Under the pieces are notes generated by a model, which was given only the letters and a program-made list of their open reading frames with translations, was not told where the DNA came from and searched no databases. Both the position numbers and the translations under genes were made by a program. From contig CAVURK010000008.1 in the NCBI GenBank assembly GCA_963743855.1, positions 201,407-265,406 of the forward strand: a stretch of 64,000 nt of DNA. Reading direction: 5' to 3'. The DNA is from an uncultured Chloroflexia bacterium. GTDB lineage: Bacteria; Chloroflexota; Limnocylindria; Limnocylindrales; CSP1-4. Position 1 is the first letter of the stretch. The number at the start of each line of letters is the position of its first letter. Positions 40,893 through 55,185 of this stretch are shown here, piece by piece.

Positions 40893-41714
40893 GTGCCCGA
40901 AGGCGACACGCTCTTCCGGACGGCCGCGGGTCTCCGGCCGTACCTGGTCGGGCGGACCGTCATTGCCGCTCGGACAGCCGGGCCCGGTCCGGTCCCGCAG
41001 GTCGCGCGGATCGTCGGTCATGAGATCACAGCGGTCGAGGCGATCGGCAAGAACCTCCTGATCCGGTTCGAGGGCGGCCTCGAGATCCGGACGCACCTGC
41101 GGATGAACGGCTCGTGGCACCGCTATCGGCCAGGCGAGCGCTGGCGGCGGCCGGCCGGTCGGGCGCGTCTCGTCCTCGAGGTCCCGGGCGCGGTCGCGGT
41201 CTGCTTCGATGCGCCCGTCGTGGAGCTCCTCGAGCAGCGCGCCGAGGCGCTCCATCCGTCGCTCGGACGGCTCGGGCCGGATCTGCTCGCCCCCGATTTC
41301 GAGACCGCCGCTGCCGTCGGCCGGCTGCGCGATCCCGCTCGAGCGCGGACTGCGATCGGCGAGGCCCTGGTCGACCAGCGGGCGCTGGCCGGGATCGGCA
41401 ACGTCTACAAGAACGAATGCCTCTGGATCGAGCGGATCTCGCCGTTCGCCACCGTCGCGGATCTCGATGACGCCACGCTGACTCGCCTCGTCGAAACGGC
41501 ACGCAGGCTGCTGGTCGTCAACGCCCGGGCATCGCGCGGACCGGAACGGGTGACGACCGGTGGCGACCGCGGCGCGCCGGGTCCGCTGTACGTCTACGGT
41601 CGGACCGGACGTCCCTGCCGCCGATGCCGCGCGACGATCGTCAGCACGAAGCAGGGCGCCGAGATCCCGCGGACGACCTACTGGTGTCCGACCTGTCAGC
41701 CGGATCCTGTCTGA
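40893..41714 (+). CDS. nei: Fpg/Nei-family DNA glycosylase (endonuclease VIII-like)
   Basis: GTG directly abuts the lhr stop. Reads MPEGDTL (N-terminal Pro nucleophile), LVDQRALAGIGNVYKNE, and the zinc finger CRRC...CPTCQ. Confidence 0.88.
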   Translation: MPEGDTLFRTAAGLRPYLVGRTVIAARTAGPGPVPQVARIVGHEITAVEAIGKNLLIRFEGGLEIRTHLRMNGSWHRYRPGERWRRPAGRARLVLEVPGAVAVCFDAPVVELLEQRAEALHPSLGRLGPDLLAPDFETAAAVGRLRDPARARTAIGEALVDQRALAGIGNVYKNECLWIERISPFATVADLDDATLTRLVETARRLLVVNARASRGPERVTTGGDRGAPGPLYVYGRTGRPCRRCRATIVSTKQGAEIPRTTYWCPTCQPDPV

Positions 41715-41741
41715 CCCACCGGCATGCCCGTCAGGGCCGCG

Positions 41742-41747
41742 TATCAT
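41742..41747 (+). promoter_or_regulatory. -10-like TATCAT, 8 nt before ATG 41756 (leaderless layout)
   Basis: Read directly from the sequence. Confidence 0.3.
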
Positions 41748-41755
41748 CGCGCCCG

Positions 41756-42472
41756 ATGTGTGAGCACTTCATCGCCCGCGCCGCCGAGCCGTTCCGGCTC
41801 GACGAGCTGTGGCCGTTCACCGAGCGACTCGAGCGTTTCGGACTGGCCGGCTTCGGCTGGGGCGCCGCGTGGCTCGCGGGCGACGGGCGGCTGACCTCGT
41901 ACCGTGATGTCCGTGCCTTTCGCGACGACCCGGGTCGCGAGGCGGTCGGGACGGCGGAGACGACCGCGGCACTCGTCCACCTGCGCCGGCCGTCGCGCCT
42001 CTCGACGCTGACCATCGAGGACACCCAGCCGTTCGACGATCCCGAGGGCCGCTACGCGTTCAGCCATAACGGCGACCTCGCCGACTACAAGCGCCTGCGC
42101 GCCACGTATCGCGCCGAAGGGCGCATCCACGGCCGTGCCGACACGGAGGTCGGCGCGCGCTGGCTCGAGGACGCCTGGCAGCCCGACGAGCCCACCGCGC
42201 ACCTGCTCGGCGCGTTGCACGACCGGTTCGGCGGCCAGGCCAACCTCGCCGTCCTCGCCGCGGACGGAACGCCGCATCACTACGCGGGCAATGACGAGAA
42301 CCCGGTCTTCGCGTTCCGGCTCGGACGGGTCGGCATCGTGTCGACCGGGCTCTACTCGCTCGATCGGTCGCTCTTCCGGTTTGCAGCCCCGGGCGCGACC
42401 GAGCGTCGGCTGGTCCGGCTGCGAACGACCGCGTCGCTCGATCGCGACGGGAGCGCGACGAGCGCGGCGTAG
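41756..42472 (+). CDS. class II (Ntn) glutamine amidotransferase-like protein
   Basis: Starts MCEHF (Cys2 nucleophile). Motifs: ALVHLRRPS, DTQPF, FSHNGDL. Confidence 0.7.
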   Translation: MCEHFIARAAEPFRLDELWPFTERLERFGLAGFGWGAAWLAGDGRLTSYRDVRAFRDDPGREAVGTAETTAALVHLRRPSRLSTLTIEDTQPFDDPEGRYAFSHNGDLADYKRLRATYRAEGRIHGRADTEVGARWLEDAWQPDEPTAHLLGALHDRFGGQANLAVLAADGTPHHYAGNDENPVFAFRLGRVGIVSTGLYSLDRSLFRFAAPGATERRLVRLRTTASLDRDGSATSAA

Positions 42473-42559
42473 GATGGCGACGGTCCTTCGGATCGACGCC
42501 GCGTCACAGCCAGGTGCCAGAGGCGTCTTTCAGGGAACACCCCGTCACGGAGCCCACCG

Positions 42560-43921
42560 ATGACCGCCGTCCCGGCAGCGACGACAGCGTCCGACCCGGC
42601 GAGCGGCCGCCCGACCAACCGGCTGCCGAACCGGGAGCTCGTCCGGATCTCGCTCTACTGGCTGGGCCTGTCGTCGATCTTCGCCGGCCTCAGCTACATC
42701 ATCGCCAGCCGTCTCGAGTTCACCGGTCTCGTCGACAAGGCCGGGGCTGGACGCGCGCTCTTCCTCGTCTCGATCAGCGGCGCGGTGATCGCGGTGATCA
42801 TCCAGCCGACGATCGGCTCGATCTCGGACTACACGATCTCGCGCTGGGGCCGCCGCAAGCCGTACATCTTCATCGGGTCGATCCTCGACCTCGTCTTCCT
42901 CATCGGGATCGCCTACAGCAACTCTCTGATCGCGATCGCGGCATTCATCGCCCTCCTCCAGTTCAGCTCGAACTTCGCACAGGGTCCGTTCCAGGGATAC
43001 GTGCCGGACCTCGTGCCCGCTCCGCAGGTCGGCACGGCGAGCGCGCTCGTCGGGCTGATGCAGGTGCTCGGCGTCGTCTCCGGCTACACGATCGGCGCGC
43101 TCGCTGCCGGAGCGCACCAGTACGAGATCGGGCTCGTCGCGCTCGGGATCCTCGAGGTGGCGACGATGCTGTCGGTCGTGATCCGCGTCCGTGAGGGTCC
43201 GTCCCCGAAGTCGCGCGAGGGCCGCCCGTGGCGCTCGATCGCTGCCGAGGCGTGGGGGACGGACATCCTGCGCGAGCGCAGCTTCGTCTGGCTCGTCGCC
43301 TCGCGGCTGGCGATCCTGATGGGCGGATCCGTCCTGACCAGCCTCGCCGTCTTCTACCTCGCCCGCACGATGGGCCTCAACGAGCAGGATTCGGCGAACG
43401 TGTTCATCCCGCTCGTCGCGCTGGTCGCGCTCGGGACCGTCTCGTCGGTCGTGCCCGCGGCGCGGATCTCGGACCGGGTCGGACGCAAGCGCGTCATCTG
43501 GGCGAGCTGCGCGGTCAGTGCCGTCGGGCTCGCGATCACCGCCGGCGCGCCGAGCCTGCCGTTCGCGTTCCTCGGTGCGCTGCTGTACGGCGTGTCGGCC
43601 GGGATGTTCCTGGCCGTCGACTGGGCGCTGATGACCGACATCATCCCGAAGGCGTCGTCGGGACGCTACATGGGGCTGTCGAACGTCGCGACCGCATCGG
43701 CGGGCGTCCTGGCGATCGCCGTCGGCGGAACGCTCATGGACCTGGTGGGTGGGCCGGGCCTCGATCCGTCGGGACCGAGGGCCGCGCTGTGGATGGCGGT
43801 CGGGCTGATCGGTCTCGGTGCGCTGCTCCTGATCCCGGTCGACGAACGGCGGCGCGAAGACACCCCGGCAGGTCTCGCGGCCGCCGCGGCGACCCAGACT
43901 CAGGCACAGGCCGTCTCCTAG
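42560..43921 (+). CDS. MFS transporter
   Basis: Intact 453-aa ORF with ~12 TM segments. Reads GSISDYTISRWGRRKPYI and ISDRVGRKR. Confidence 0.85.
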   Translation: MTAVPAATTASDPASGRPTNRLPNRELVRISLYWLGLSSIFAGLSYIIASRLEFTGLVDKAGAGRALFLVSISGAVIAVIIQPTIGSISDYTISRWGRRKPYIFIGSILDLVFLIGIAYSNSLIAIAAFIALLQFSSNFAQGPFQGYVPDLVPAPQVGTASALVGLMQVLGVVSGYTIGALAAGAHQYEIGLVALGILEVATMLSVVIRVREGPSPKSREGRPWRSIAAEAWGTDILRERSFVWLVASRLAILMGGSVLTSLAVFYLARTMGLNEQDSANVFIPLVALVALGTVSSVVPAARISDRVGRKRVIWASCAVSAVGLAITAGAPSLPFAFLGALLYGVSAGMFLAVDWALMTDIIPKASSGRYMGLSNVATASAGVLAIAVGGTLMDLVGGPGLDPSGPRAALWMAVGLIGLGALLLIPVDERRREDTPAGLAAAAATQTQAQAVS

Positions 43922-44868
43922 CCGCCCGCCGGGACGCCGCGCTTCGCCGCCAGCCACGCCCGGACGTCGGCCACCCACGACCGCCACGTCGCCGGCCTGA
44001 GGAAGTCGAACGGGTCGGCCTTTCGGTAGAACCACGGGACGGTCGCCCACAGGTAGACGATGTAGTCGAGCCTGACCGGCCGCGCTCCGAAGCCGAACAG
44101 CGCCTGGAGCTGGATGATCGTCAGCGGCAGCGTGACCACGCTGAGCGCGACCGAGACCGCGAGCCAGAAGAGCCCCCAGCGCCACGTGCGGCGCGGCAGG
44201 ATGGGCAGGAACACGACCGGGACCCATTTCATCCAGGTGGCCAGGGCCCACAGCAGGCCCCCGAGCCTAGGGCCGGTGAACTGGGCCGCCCAGAGCATCA
44301 GCGTCAGCTGGAGGTTGATGTTGCCGGTATCGAGGTTCGCCGCGAACGGGAAGGCAAGGAGCGCGACGATCACCGCGGTCGTCAGCGGCCGCCGCCGGTA
44401 CGCCCAGTGGATCGTCCAGAGCAGCAGCAGGATGGTCCCGACCCGCCAGATGAACCAGGCGACATCCCACGGCAGAAGCGCCCAGGGCGCGAACAGTGGA
44501 AGCATCCACGGCGCATAGACGTACGGCAGGAACGGCCCCGTCGGGTGGTACGGGTCGCCGCCGTTGAGCCAGATCCGGACCGCGGCCCAGTAGGCGCGAG
44601 CATCGGCGCCGCCCGCCTCGCCACGTGCGATCAGGCCCGACAGGATGAGCGCGAAGGTGAGGCTCAGGAGCAGGACCGCGGCGATCCGACGCGGGTCGCG
44701 CAGCCGCGACGCCTCACGCCGCAGGGCCCGCCGGAAGACGCCGGCGCGACGTCGCGTCCCGCGGTCGAGGACATCGGACAGGTCGACCCGGACGCGCCCG
44801 CGTCCACGCGCCGTGCCCGGGACGGGCTGGAGACCGGGCGGTGGCGGGGCGTCGCTCACGCGGGGCAT
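43918..44868 (-). CDS. polytopic membrane protein, GT87/DUF2029-like glycosyltransferase
   Basis: Reads DPYHPTGPFLPYVYAPWMLPLF. Multiple Trp-rich TM segments. Alternative start at 44919. Its stop overlaps the MFS stop region. Confidence 0.6.
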   Translation of the reverse strand: MPRVSDAPPPPGLQPVPGTARGRGRVRVDLSDVLDRGTRRRAGVFRRALRREASRLRDPRRIAAVLLLSLTFALILSGLIARGEAGGADARAYWAAVRIWLNGGDPYHPTGPFLPYVYAPWMLPLFAPWALLPWDVAWFIWRVGTILLLLWTIHWAYRRRPLTTAVIVALLAFPFAANLDTGNINLQLTLMLWAAQFTGPRLGGLLWALATWMKWVPVVFLPILPRRTWRWGLFWLAVSVALSVVTLPLTIIQLQALFGFGARPVRLDYIVYLWATVPWFYRKADPFDFLRPATWRSWVADVRAWLAAKRGVPAGG

Positions 44869-44979
44869 TCTCGCACGGTGGTCGCCATGCCCTGGGCCTA
44901 CCCGGTCCGCGGTGACCACGAGACGAGCGACGCTACCGGGTTCGAACCCTCGCCCGAGCCGCTGGTCTAGTGATGCGGT

Positions 44980-46024
44980 TCACCCGTGGCCGATGGAACC
45001 GGTCTCGACAGTCTGGGCTGCGACCCAGGAATGGAGCGTCGCCATGTAGTTGGCCCGCTCGAAGGCTGACGGATCGACGACAGTCGCGGCGCTGGCACTG
45101 CCTCGCAGCTCGGACGACCGATGTGTAGTCGTGCTCGGCCATCCAGGCCCGGAGTTCGGCTTCGACCACGGCGACGTGCTCGGGTCCGTGGCGCAGCAAG
45201 GCCGACGTCATCATCACGACGTCGGCGCCGACGAGCAGGCCCTTGGCCACGTCCGTGCCGGAATGCGCGCCCGAGGTCGCCGCGAGCGACGACGTCAGCG
45301 GCCGAGCTGAGGCCGCAGGATCGCGATCCACCGCACGGGCAGCCGCATCTCCCACGGCTGGCTGAGCTCGAGTCGCGGGACGACCTCGATCACGTCGACG
45401 TCGAGGTCCGGCTGGTAGAAGCGGTTGAACAGGACGAGCCCATCGGCCCCGGCGTCGATCGCCGCAGACGGCGAAGTTGGCGAATGCCGAGTAGAACGGG
45501 CTGAGCTTGACCGCGAGCGGGATCGTGACCGAGGCGCGAACGGCGGCGATCAGCTCGAGGTCCCGTGCCTCGATGTCGGCGGCGGACAGCCGCGGGATCG
45601 GCCGCCACGTGGTACAGGTTGAGTTCGAGCGCGTCCGCGCCGGCGTCCTGGATCCGCCGCGCGTAGGTCACCCAACCGCCCACGGTGCTCGCGTTGAGGC
45701 TGGCGATGATCGGGATCGTCGACGGCTGCCTTGACCCGCTCGAGAGCGGCGAGATACCGATCGGCGGCGCCCGCGAACGTCTGGACGGCCGGGAAGTAGT
45801 CGAGCGCCTCGGCGAACATGCTCGGTGCCCTGCTCGAGCGACCGCGCGAGCCCGAGCTCCTCGGCGAGGATCTCCTCCTCGAACAACGACGGCAGGACGA
45901 TCGCGCCGACGCCGGCCTTCTCGAGCCGTCGCGCCATGACCGGATCGCGCGTTGTGTGGCGCGGCCGAGGCGACGATCGGCGAGCGGAGCTCGAGACCGA
46001 GGTAGCGGGTCCGCAGGTCGATGC

Positions 46025-46028
<4 letters not shown>
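44980..46028 (-). pseudogene. dihydroorotate dehydrogenase-like (PreA-type) flavoprotein; multiply frame-slipped
   Basis: Pieces read MSIDLRTRYLGLELRSPIVASAAP, RRLEKAGVGAIVLPSLFEEEI, FAEALDYFP, IPIIASLNASTVGGW...GADALELNLYHV, LAATSGAHSGTDVAKGLLVGADVVMMTSALL and ELRGSASAATVVDPSAFERANY. Its ATG overlaps the PFOR stop. Confidence 0.65.
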
Positions 46029-50494
<4,466 letters not shown>

Positions 50495-51308
50495 TAGAGC
50501 TCGCGGAGGCGCCCCCGATCGAAGCGAGCCGGGCCCGACACAGCAACGCGCTTCGGGCGGCCGTCCTCGGTTCCACGGACGGCCTGGTCTCGAATCTGAG
50601 TCTCGTGATGGGTGTCGCGGGATCGGGCGCGCCGCACGAGACGATCGTCGTGGCCGGGCTCGCCGGCCTCGTGGCGGGATCGCTGTCGATGGCGCTCGGC
50701 GAATATCTGTCCGTCCAGAGTGCACGCGAGCTGCTCGCCAACGAACTCCGGATCGAGGCCGGACAGCTTGCCGCATCGCCCGACGCGGAGGTCGCTGAGC
50801 TGCGGGGCATCTACGAGCGGAAGGGCGTGCCGCCACGGATGGCTGCAGAGCTCGCCGACCACATGGTGAGGAGCGACCCCGACCTCGCCCTGGATACGAT
50901 GGCCCGCGAAGAGCTGGGCTTCGATCCGAATGAGCTCGGCGGGTCGGCCTGGGTCGCGGCCGGCACATCGCTCGTCCTCTTCGCGCTCGGTGCAGCGGTC
51001 CCGCTCGTGCCCTTCCTGTTCGCCGATGGCCAGGGCGCGCTGATCGCGGCCGCCGTGCTCAGCGCTGCCGCCCTGTTCGGGCTCGGCGCGGCCATCACCA
51101 GGCTGACCGGAGGCAGTCCGGTCCGGTCCGGGTTGCGCCAACTCGCCTTCGGGGCCTCCGCCGCGGCGGTCACGTACGGGATCGGGGCGGCAGTCGGTTC
51201 CGCGATCCGCTGACGAGGGACCACTGCGGGCGCTTTGAGCATGGCGGACCGGCGCAGCTCGGGGTCCAGTATCCTGCTCGAAATACCCGAGCGGAGACGA
51301 CCGACTCA

Positions 51309-52145
51309 GTGGCTGATGGAACCGTCATCATCATCGGCGGTGCGGAGGACAAGGTTCGCGACCGTGTCATCCTCAGCCGCTTCGTCGCGCTGGCCGGCGG
51401 ACCGGACGCGACGATCACGGTGGTCAGCACCGCATCATCGCTCGGTCTCGAGGCGGGTGAGCGCTACCGGGCGGTGTTTGGTGAGCTCGGCGTCAAGCGC
51501 GTCCGGCCGCTCCATGCGGTCACCCGCCCTCAGGCCAACGACGAGACGGCCGTCCTGTCGGTCCGCGACGCGACCGGGATCTTCCTGACCGGCGGCAACC
51601 AGCTGCGGCTGTCGTCGACCATCGGCGGGACGCTGCTGGCGGACGCGATCCTCGACCGCTTCCAGCACGGCGCCGTCGTCGCCGGCACGTCGGCCGGGGC
51701 CTCCGCGATGTCGAGTCACATGATCGCGTTCGGTGCGTCCGGGGCGACGCCCAAGCACCGGATGGCCCAGATCGCGGCGGGTCTCGGCGTCCTGCCCGGG
51801 GTCATCATCGACCAGCATTTCCAGCAGCGGAACCGGCTCGGCCGGCTGCTCAGCCTCATCGCCCAGAACCCGAGCCTGCTCGGGCTCGGCGTCGACGAGG
51901 ACACCGCCGGCGTCGTCGGGCCGGACCACGTCATGGAGGTCATCGGCCGTGGGTCGATCACGGTGGTCGACGGGTCGCGCTCCGAGACCGACGCGTGGGA
52001 GGTCCACGGCCACCGACCGCTGATGATCAGCGGCGTCGTCCTCCACTCACTGCCGGCCGGCTATCAATTCGACTTGCGCCGACGCGAACGGGTCGCGACG
52101 CCGACCCTCCACGCACTCCCGGGCGGCGAGGCCGCATCCAGCTAG
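51309..52145 (+). CDS. cphB: cyanophycinase (S51 family)
   Basis: GTG start. Reads VIIIGGAEDK, IFLTGGNQ, VAGTSAGASAM (Ser nucleophile), IDQHF. Intact 278 codons. Confidence 0.88.
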   Translation: MADGTVIIIGGAEDKVRDRVILSRFVALAGGPDATITVVSTASSLGLEAGERYRAVFGELGVKRVRPLHAVTRPQANDETAVLSVRDATGIFLTGGNQLRLSSTIGGTLLADAILDRFQHGAVVAGTSAGASAMSSHMIAFGASGATPKHRMAQIAAGLGVLPGVIIDQHFQQRNRLGRLLSLIAQNPSLLGLGVDEDTAGVVGPDHVMEVIGRGSITVVDGSRSETDAWEVHGHRPLMISGVVLHSLPAGYQFDLRRRERVATPTLHALPGGEAASS

Positions 52146-52156
52146 CGGAGGAACCC

Positions 52157-55018
52157 GTGACCGATACCGTGGCCGGCACCACGCCGCCGACGCGTTCGAC
52201 GCGCGGGAGCCGACGCGCCGACGCGACGCCGACCAGTGGTCCGGCGCCGACCCTGCGCATCCTCGAGACGCGCGTCCTGCGCGGCCCCAACTACTGGGCG
52301 CGCGAGCCTGTCATCCGGCTGCTGGTCGACCTGGGGGTCCTCGAGCAGTACCCGTCCAACCTGCTGCCGAACTTCACCGACGCGCTGGTCGCGCTGCTCC
52401 CGACGTTGGAGGACCACGCCTGCTCGCTCGGTCGCCGCGGCGGCTTCATCACCCGGCTGCGTGACGGGACGTGGGTCGGCCACATCGCCGAGCACGTCGC
52501 CCTCGAGTTCCAGAACCTGGCGGGGACCGACGTCCGGCACGGCAAGACGCGGGCGGCGGGGGCGCCTGGCCAGTACAACTGCATCTACGAGTATCGAGAG
52601 GAAGCGGTCGGTCTCGAGGCGGGCCGGATGGCGGTCGCCCTCGTCAACCACCTCGTCGCCCCCGACGACCCCGACGTCTTCTTCGACTTCGCCCCCGAGA
52701 TGGAGCGACTCATCCGGCTCGCCGAGCGGCAGGCGTTCGGCCCGTCGACCCAGGCGCTCATCGACGAGGCGGTCAGCCGCGACATCCCGTTCATCCGGCT
52801 CGATCGACATTCGCTCGTCCAGTTCGGGCACGGCGTCCACCAGCAGCGGATCCGCGCGACGATGACCTCGCTGACCTCGGCGATCGGGGTCGACGTGGCG
52901 TCCGACAAGAGCCTGACGAACCGTCTTCTCGACTCCGCCGGGCTGCCGGTCCCGCGCTCCGAGGTCGTCGACACCGAGGAAGGCGCCGTGGCGGCCGGCC
53001 GGCGGCTCGGCTACCCGTGCGTGGTCAAGCCGCTCGACGGCAACCACGGCCGTGGCGTCCACCTCGACCTGCGCTCCGAGGACGCGGTCCGTGCCGCCTT
53101 CGGTGGAGCGGTCGCGCAGAGCCGGGCCGGCGACGTCGTGGTCGAGACCTACGTGGCCGGCAACGACTACCGCTGCCTGGTGATCGGTGGCAAGGTCGCG
53201 GCCATCGCCGAACGCGTCCCGGCCTCGGTCATCGGCGACGGGGTCCACACCGTTGCCGAGCTGGTCGACATCGCCAACAGCGACCCGCGCCGCGGGATCG
53301 GCCACGAGAAGGTGCTGACCCGGATCAAGGTCGACGAGGCGGCCGAGGCGCTCGTTCGTGACCAGGGCTTCGCGATCGACGCGGTGCTGCCGGAGGGAAC
53401 GCGCGTCAAGCTCGCCCTGACCGGCAACATGTCGACCGGCGGGACCTCGATCGACCGGACGATCGAGGCGCATCCCGACAACGTCGAGATCGCCGAGACG
53501 GCGGCGCAGATCGTCGGGCTCGACGTCGCGGGGATCGACTTCATCTGCCCGGACATCGCGACGCCCGTCCGCGAGACCGGCGGCGCGATCGTCGAGGTCA
53601 ACGCCGCGCCCGGCTTCCGGATGCACACCCATCCGACCGAGGGCGAGCCGCAGTACGTCGCCCGGCCGGTCATCGACTCGCTCTTCCCGGCGGGGTCGTC
53701 GGCGCGCATCCCGATCATCGCCGTGACCGGCACGAACGGGAAGACGACCACGGTCCGGATGATCTCGCACATCCTCAAGCTGATGGGCCGGCGCGTCGGC
53801 ATGACCTCGACCGACGGGATCGTCATCGACGGCCGGCTGATCAAGAAAGGCGACATGTCGGGGCCGAAGTCGGCGCTGATGGTCCTCCAGAACCCGACCG
53901 TCGACACCGCCGTCTTCGAGGTCGCACGCGGCGGGATCCTGCGCGAGGGGCTCGGCTACGATCGCAACGACGTCGCCGTCGTGACCAACGTCACCGGCGA
54001 CCACCTCGGTCTCGGCGGGATCGATTCGATCGGCCAGCTGGCCAACGTCAAGGGCGTCGTCGTCGAGGCCGTGCCGCGGTCGGGGACCGCGGTCCTGAAC
54101 GCGGACGACAACCACGTCTACCGGATGGGCCGGCACTGCGCCGGACGGGTCGTCCTGTTCAGCATGGCGATGAGCAAGGGCGAGGATGGGTTCGACCGCG
54201 TCGACGGCCACACCAGCCGTGGTGGCGCGGCGTTCCGCCTCGAGGCCACACCCGAAGGCGAGCTCATCGTCCTTCGCCTCGGATCGCGGACGATGCCAGT
54301 CCTCTACACGCACCTCATCCCCGCGACGTTCGGTGGGCGGGCACGGATGAACGTGGCCAACGCGCTCGCCGCCGCGGCCGCGGCATGGGCGGCCGGTGCC
54401 CACCTGCACGACATCCGCCAGGGCCTGCGGACGTTCTCGACATCGTTCTTCCAGGCGCCCGGGCGGCTCAACCTGGTCGATGTCGGCGGGGTCCGCGTCG
54501 TCATCGACTACTGCCACAACGTGGACGGCATGCGCCAGCTGGCCGATTTCGTCAGCCGGATGATGGTCGAGTCACCGACCAGGTCGGGCCGGCTCGGCGC
54601 CGCGGCGACGGGCGTCCGGTCGGGCCGGGCGATCGGCGTGATCGGCATCCCGGGCGACCGGCGTGACGAGGACCAGCGTCAGTACGGCGCGATCGCGGCG
54701 ACTGCCTTTGACGAGATCCTCGTCCGCGAGGACAAGAACCTCCGTGGGCGACCGGCGGGCGTGAGCGCGACCAACGTGCTCGACGGAGTCCGCGCCGCGC
54801 GAGCCGACGGCTCCGGACGCGCAACCCGGTCCGAGAAGGTGCTCGACGAGATGACCGCGGTTCGCGCCGCGCTGCGCCGGGCCATCCCGGGCGATCTCGT
54901 CGTGTGCTGCGTCGACGACGCGATCGGTGTCTACCGGGAGGCGGTCGCGGCCTCGGGGACGTCACGCGGCGGAACGGCGTTCGCGGATCCGGGCGAGCTG
55001 GAGGCCCCCGAGGGCTGA
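52157..55018 (+). CDS. cphA: cyanophycin synthetase (N, ATP-grasp and Mur-ligase-like domains)
   Basis: GGAGG at 52147, GTG at 52157. Motifs: LRILETRVLRGPNYW, VVKPLDGNHGRGV, VEVNAAPG, IIAVTGTNGKTTT, DYCHN. Intact ~953 codons. Confidence 0.92.
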   Translation: MTDTVAGTTPPTRSTRGSRRADATPTSGPAPTLRILETRVLRGPNYWAREPVIRLLVDLGVLEQYPSNLLPNFTDALVALLPTLEDHACSLGRRGGFITRLRDGTWVGHIAEHVALEFQNLAGTDVRHGKTRAAGAPGQYNCIYEYREEAVGLEAGRMAVALVNHLVAPDDPDVFFDFAPEMERLIRLAERQAFGPSTQALIDEAVSRDIPFIRLDRHSLVQFGHGVHQQRIRATMTSLTSAIGVDVASDKSLTNRLLDSAGLPVPRSEVVDTEEGAVAAGRRLGYPCVVKPLDGNHGRGVHLDLRSEDAVRAAFGGAVAQSRAGDVVVETYVAGNDYRCLVIGGKVAAIAERVPASVIGDGVHTVAELVDIANSDPRRGIGHEKVLTRIKVDEAAEALVRDQGFAIDAVLPEGTRVKLALTGNMSTGGTSIDRTIEAHPDNVEIAETAAQIVGLDVAGIDFICPDIATPVRETGGAIVEVNAAPGFRMHTHPTEGEPQYVARPVIDSLFPAGSSARIPIIAVTGTNGKTTTVRMISHILKLMGRRVGMTSTDGIVIDGRLIKKGDMSGPKSALMVLQNPTVDTAVFEVARGGILREGLGYDRNDVAVVTNVTGDHLGLGGIDSIGQLANVKGVVVEAVPRSGTAVLNADDNHVYRMGRHCAGRVVLFSMAMSKGEDGFDRVDGHTSRGGAAFRLEATPEGELIVLRLGSRTMPVLYTHLIPATFGGRARMNVANALAAAAAAWAAGAHLHDIRQGLRTFSTSFFQAPGRLNLVDVGGVRVVIDYCHNVDGMRQLADFVSRMMVESPTRSGRLGAAATGVRSGRAIGVIGIPGDRRDEDQRQYGAIAATAFDEILVREDKNLRGRPAGVSATNVLDGVRAARADGSGRATRSEKVLDEMTAVRAALRRAIPGDLVVCCVDDAIGVYREAVAASGTSRGGTAFADPGELEAPEG

Positions 55019-55092
55019 CCGCTCCGTCGCGACCCCTTTCGCCGGTGGCGCAGCGGGTGCCAGGCCTGAAATCGGTGCGCCGATGCACCGTT

Positions 55093-55126
55093 CGGCAGTC
55101 TTTGCAATGTCCTGCCCGGACTGCCG
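55093..55126 (+). promoter_or_regulatory. inverted repeat CGGCAGTC-N18-GACTGCCG upstream of the S53 gene, abutting a TAGTAC/TACATT -10-like sequence
   Basis: 8-bp perfect arms read directly from the sequence. Confidence 0.3.
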
Positions 55127-55185
55127 TAGTACATTCGGCCGACTTCCGGGGGACCCAGCTCTAAACGCACAGGAGGATGTGTCGC

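Noticed and set aside
36357-41747. A 1796-codon open frame on the minus strand, antisense to lhr and nei.
   Set aside because: It mirrors the codon phase of the intact plus-strand genes. Its composition is extreme (Arg/Gly/Asp/Pro/Ala runs), it has no recognisable motifs, and there is no start-site context. Long stop-free antisense frames are expected when sense third positions are almost all G/C.
44938-44949. GGGTTCGAACCC, which resembles a tRNA T-loop, in the spacer between the GT87-like and DHOD-like genes. It could have been a tRNA or a tRNA-fragment att site.
   Set aside because: The flanks do not form a T-stem better than 4/5 with a mismatch. There is no complementary 7-bp acceptor stem at the expected distance on either strand, and no integrase or direct repeat is nearby. 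It is a 12-nt palindrome, most likely by chance.
52142-54517. A 791-codon antisense ORF opposite cphA. Similar cases lie opposite the XDH large subunit (3496-5616), the orphan/S8 genes (14932-16977) and ligD (19999-22110).
   Set aside because: Same reasoning as above. Each lies opposite a gene with unmistakable conserved motifs and has low-complexity, Arg-rich composition.
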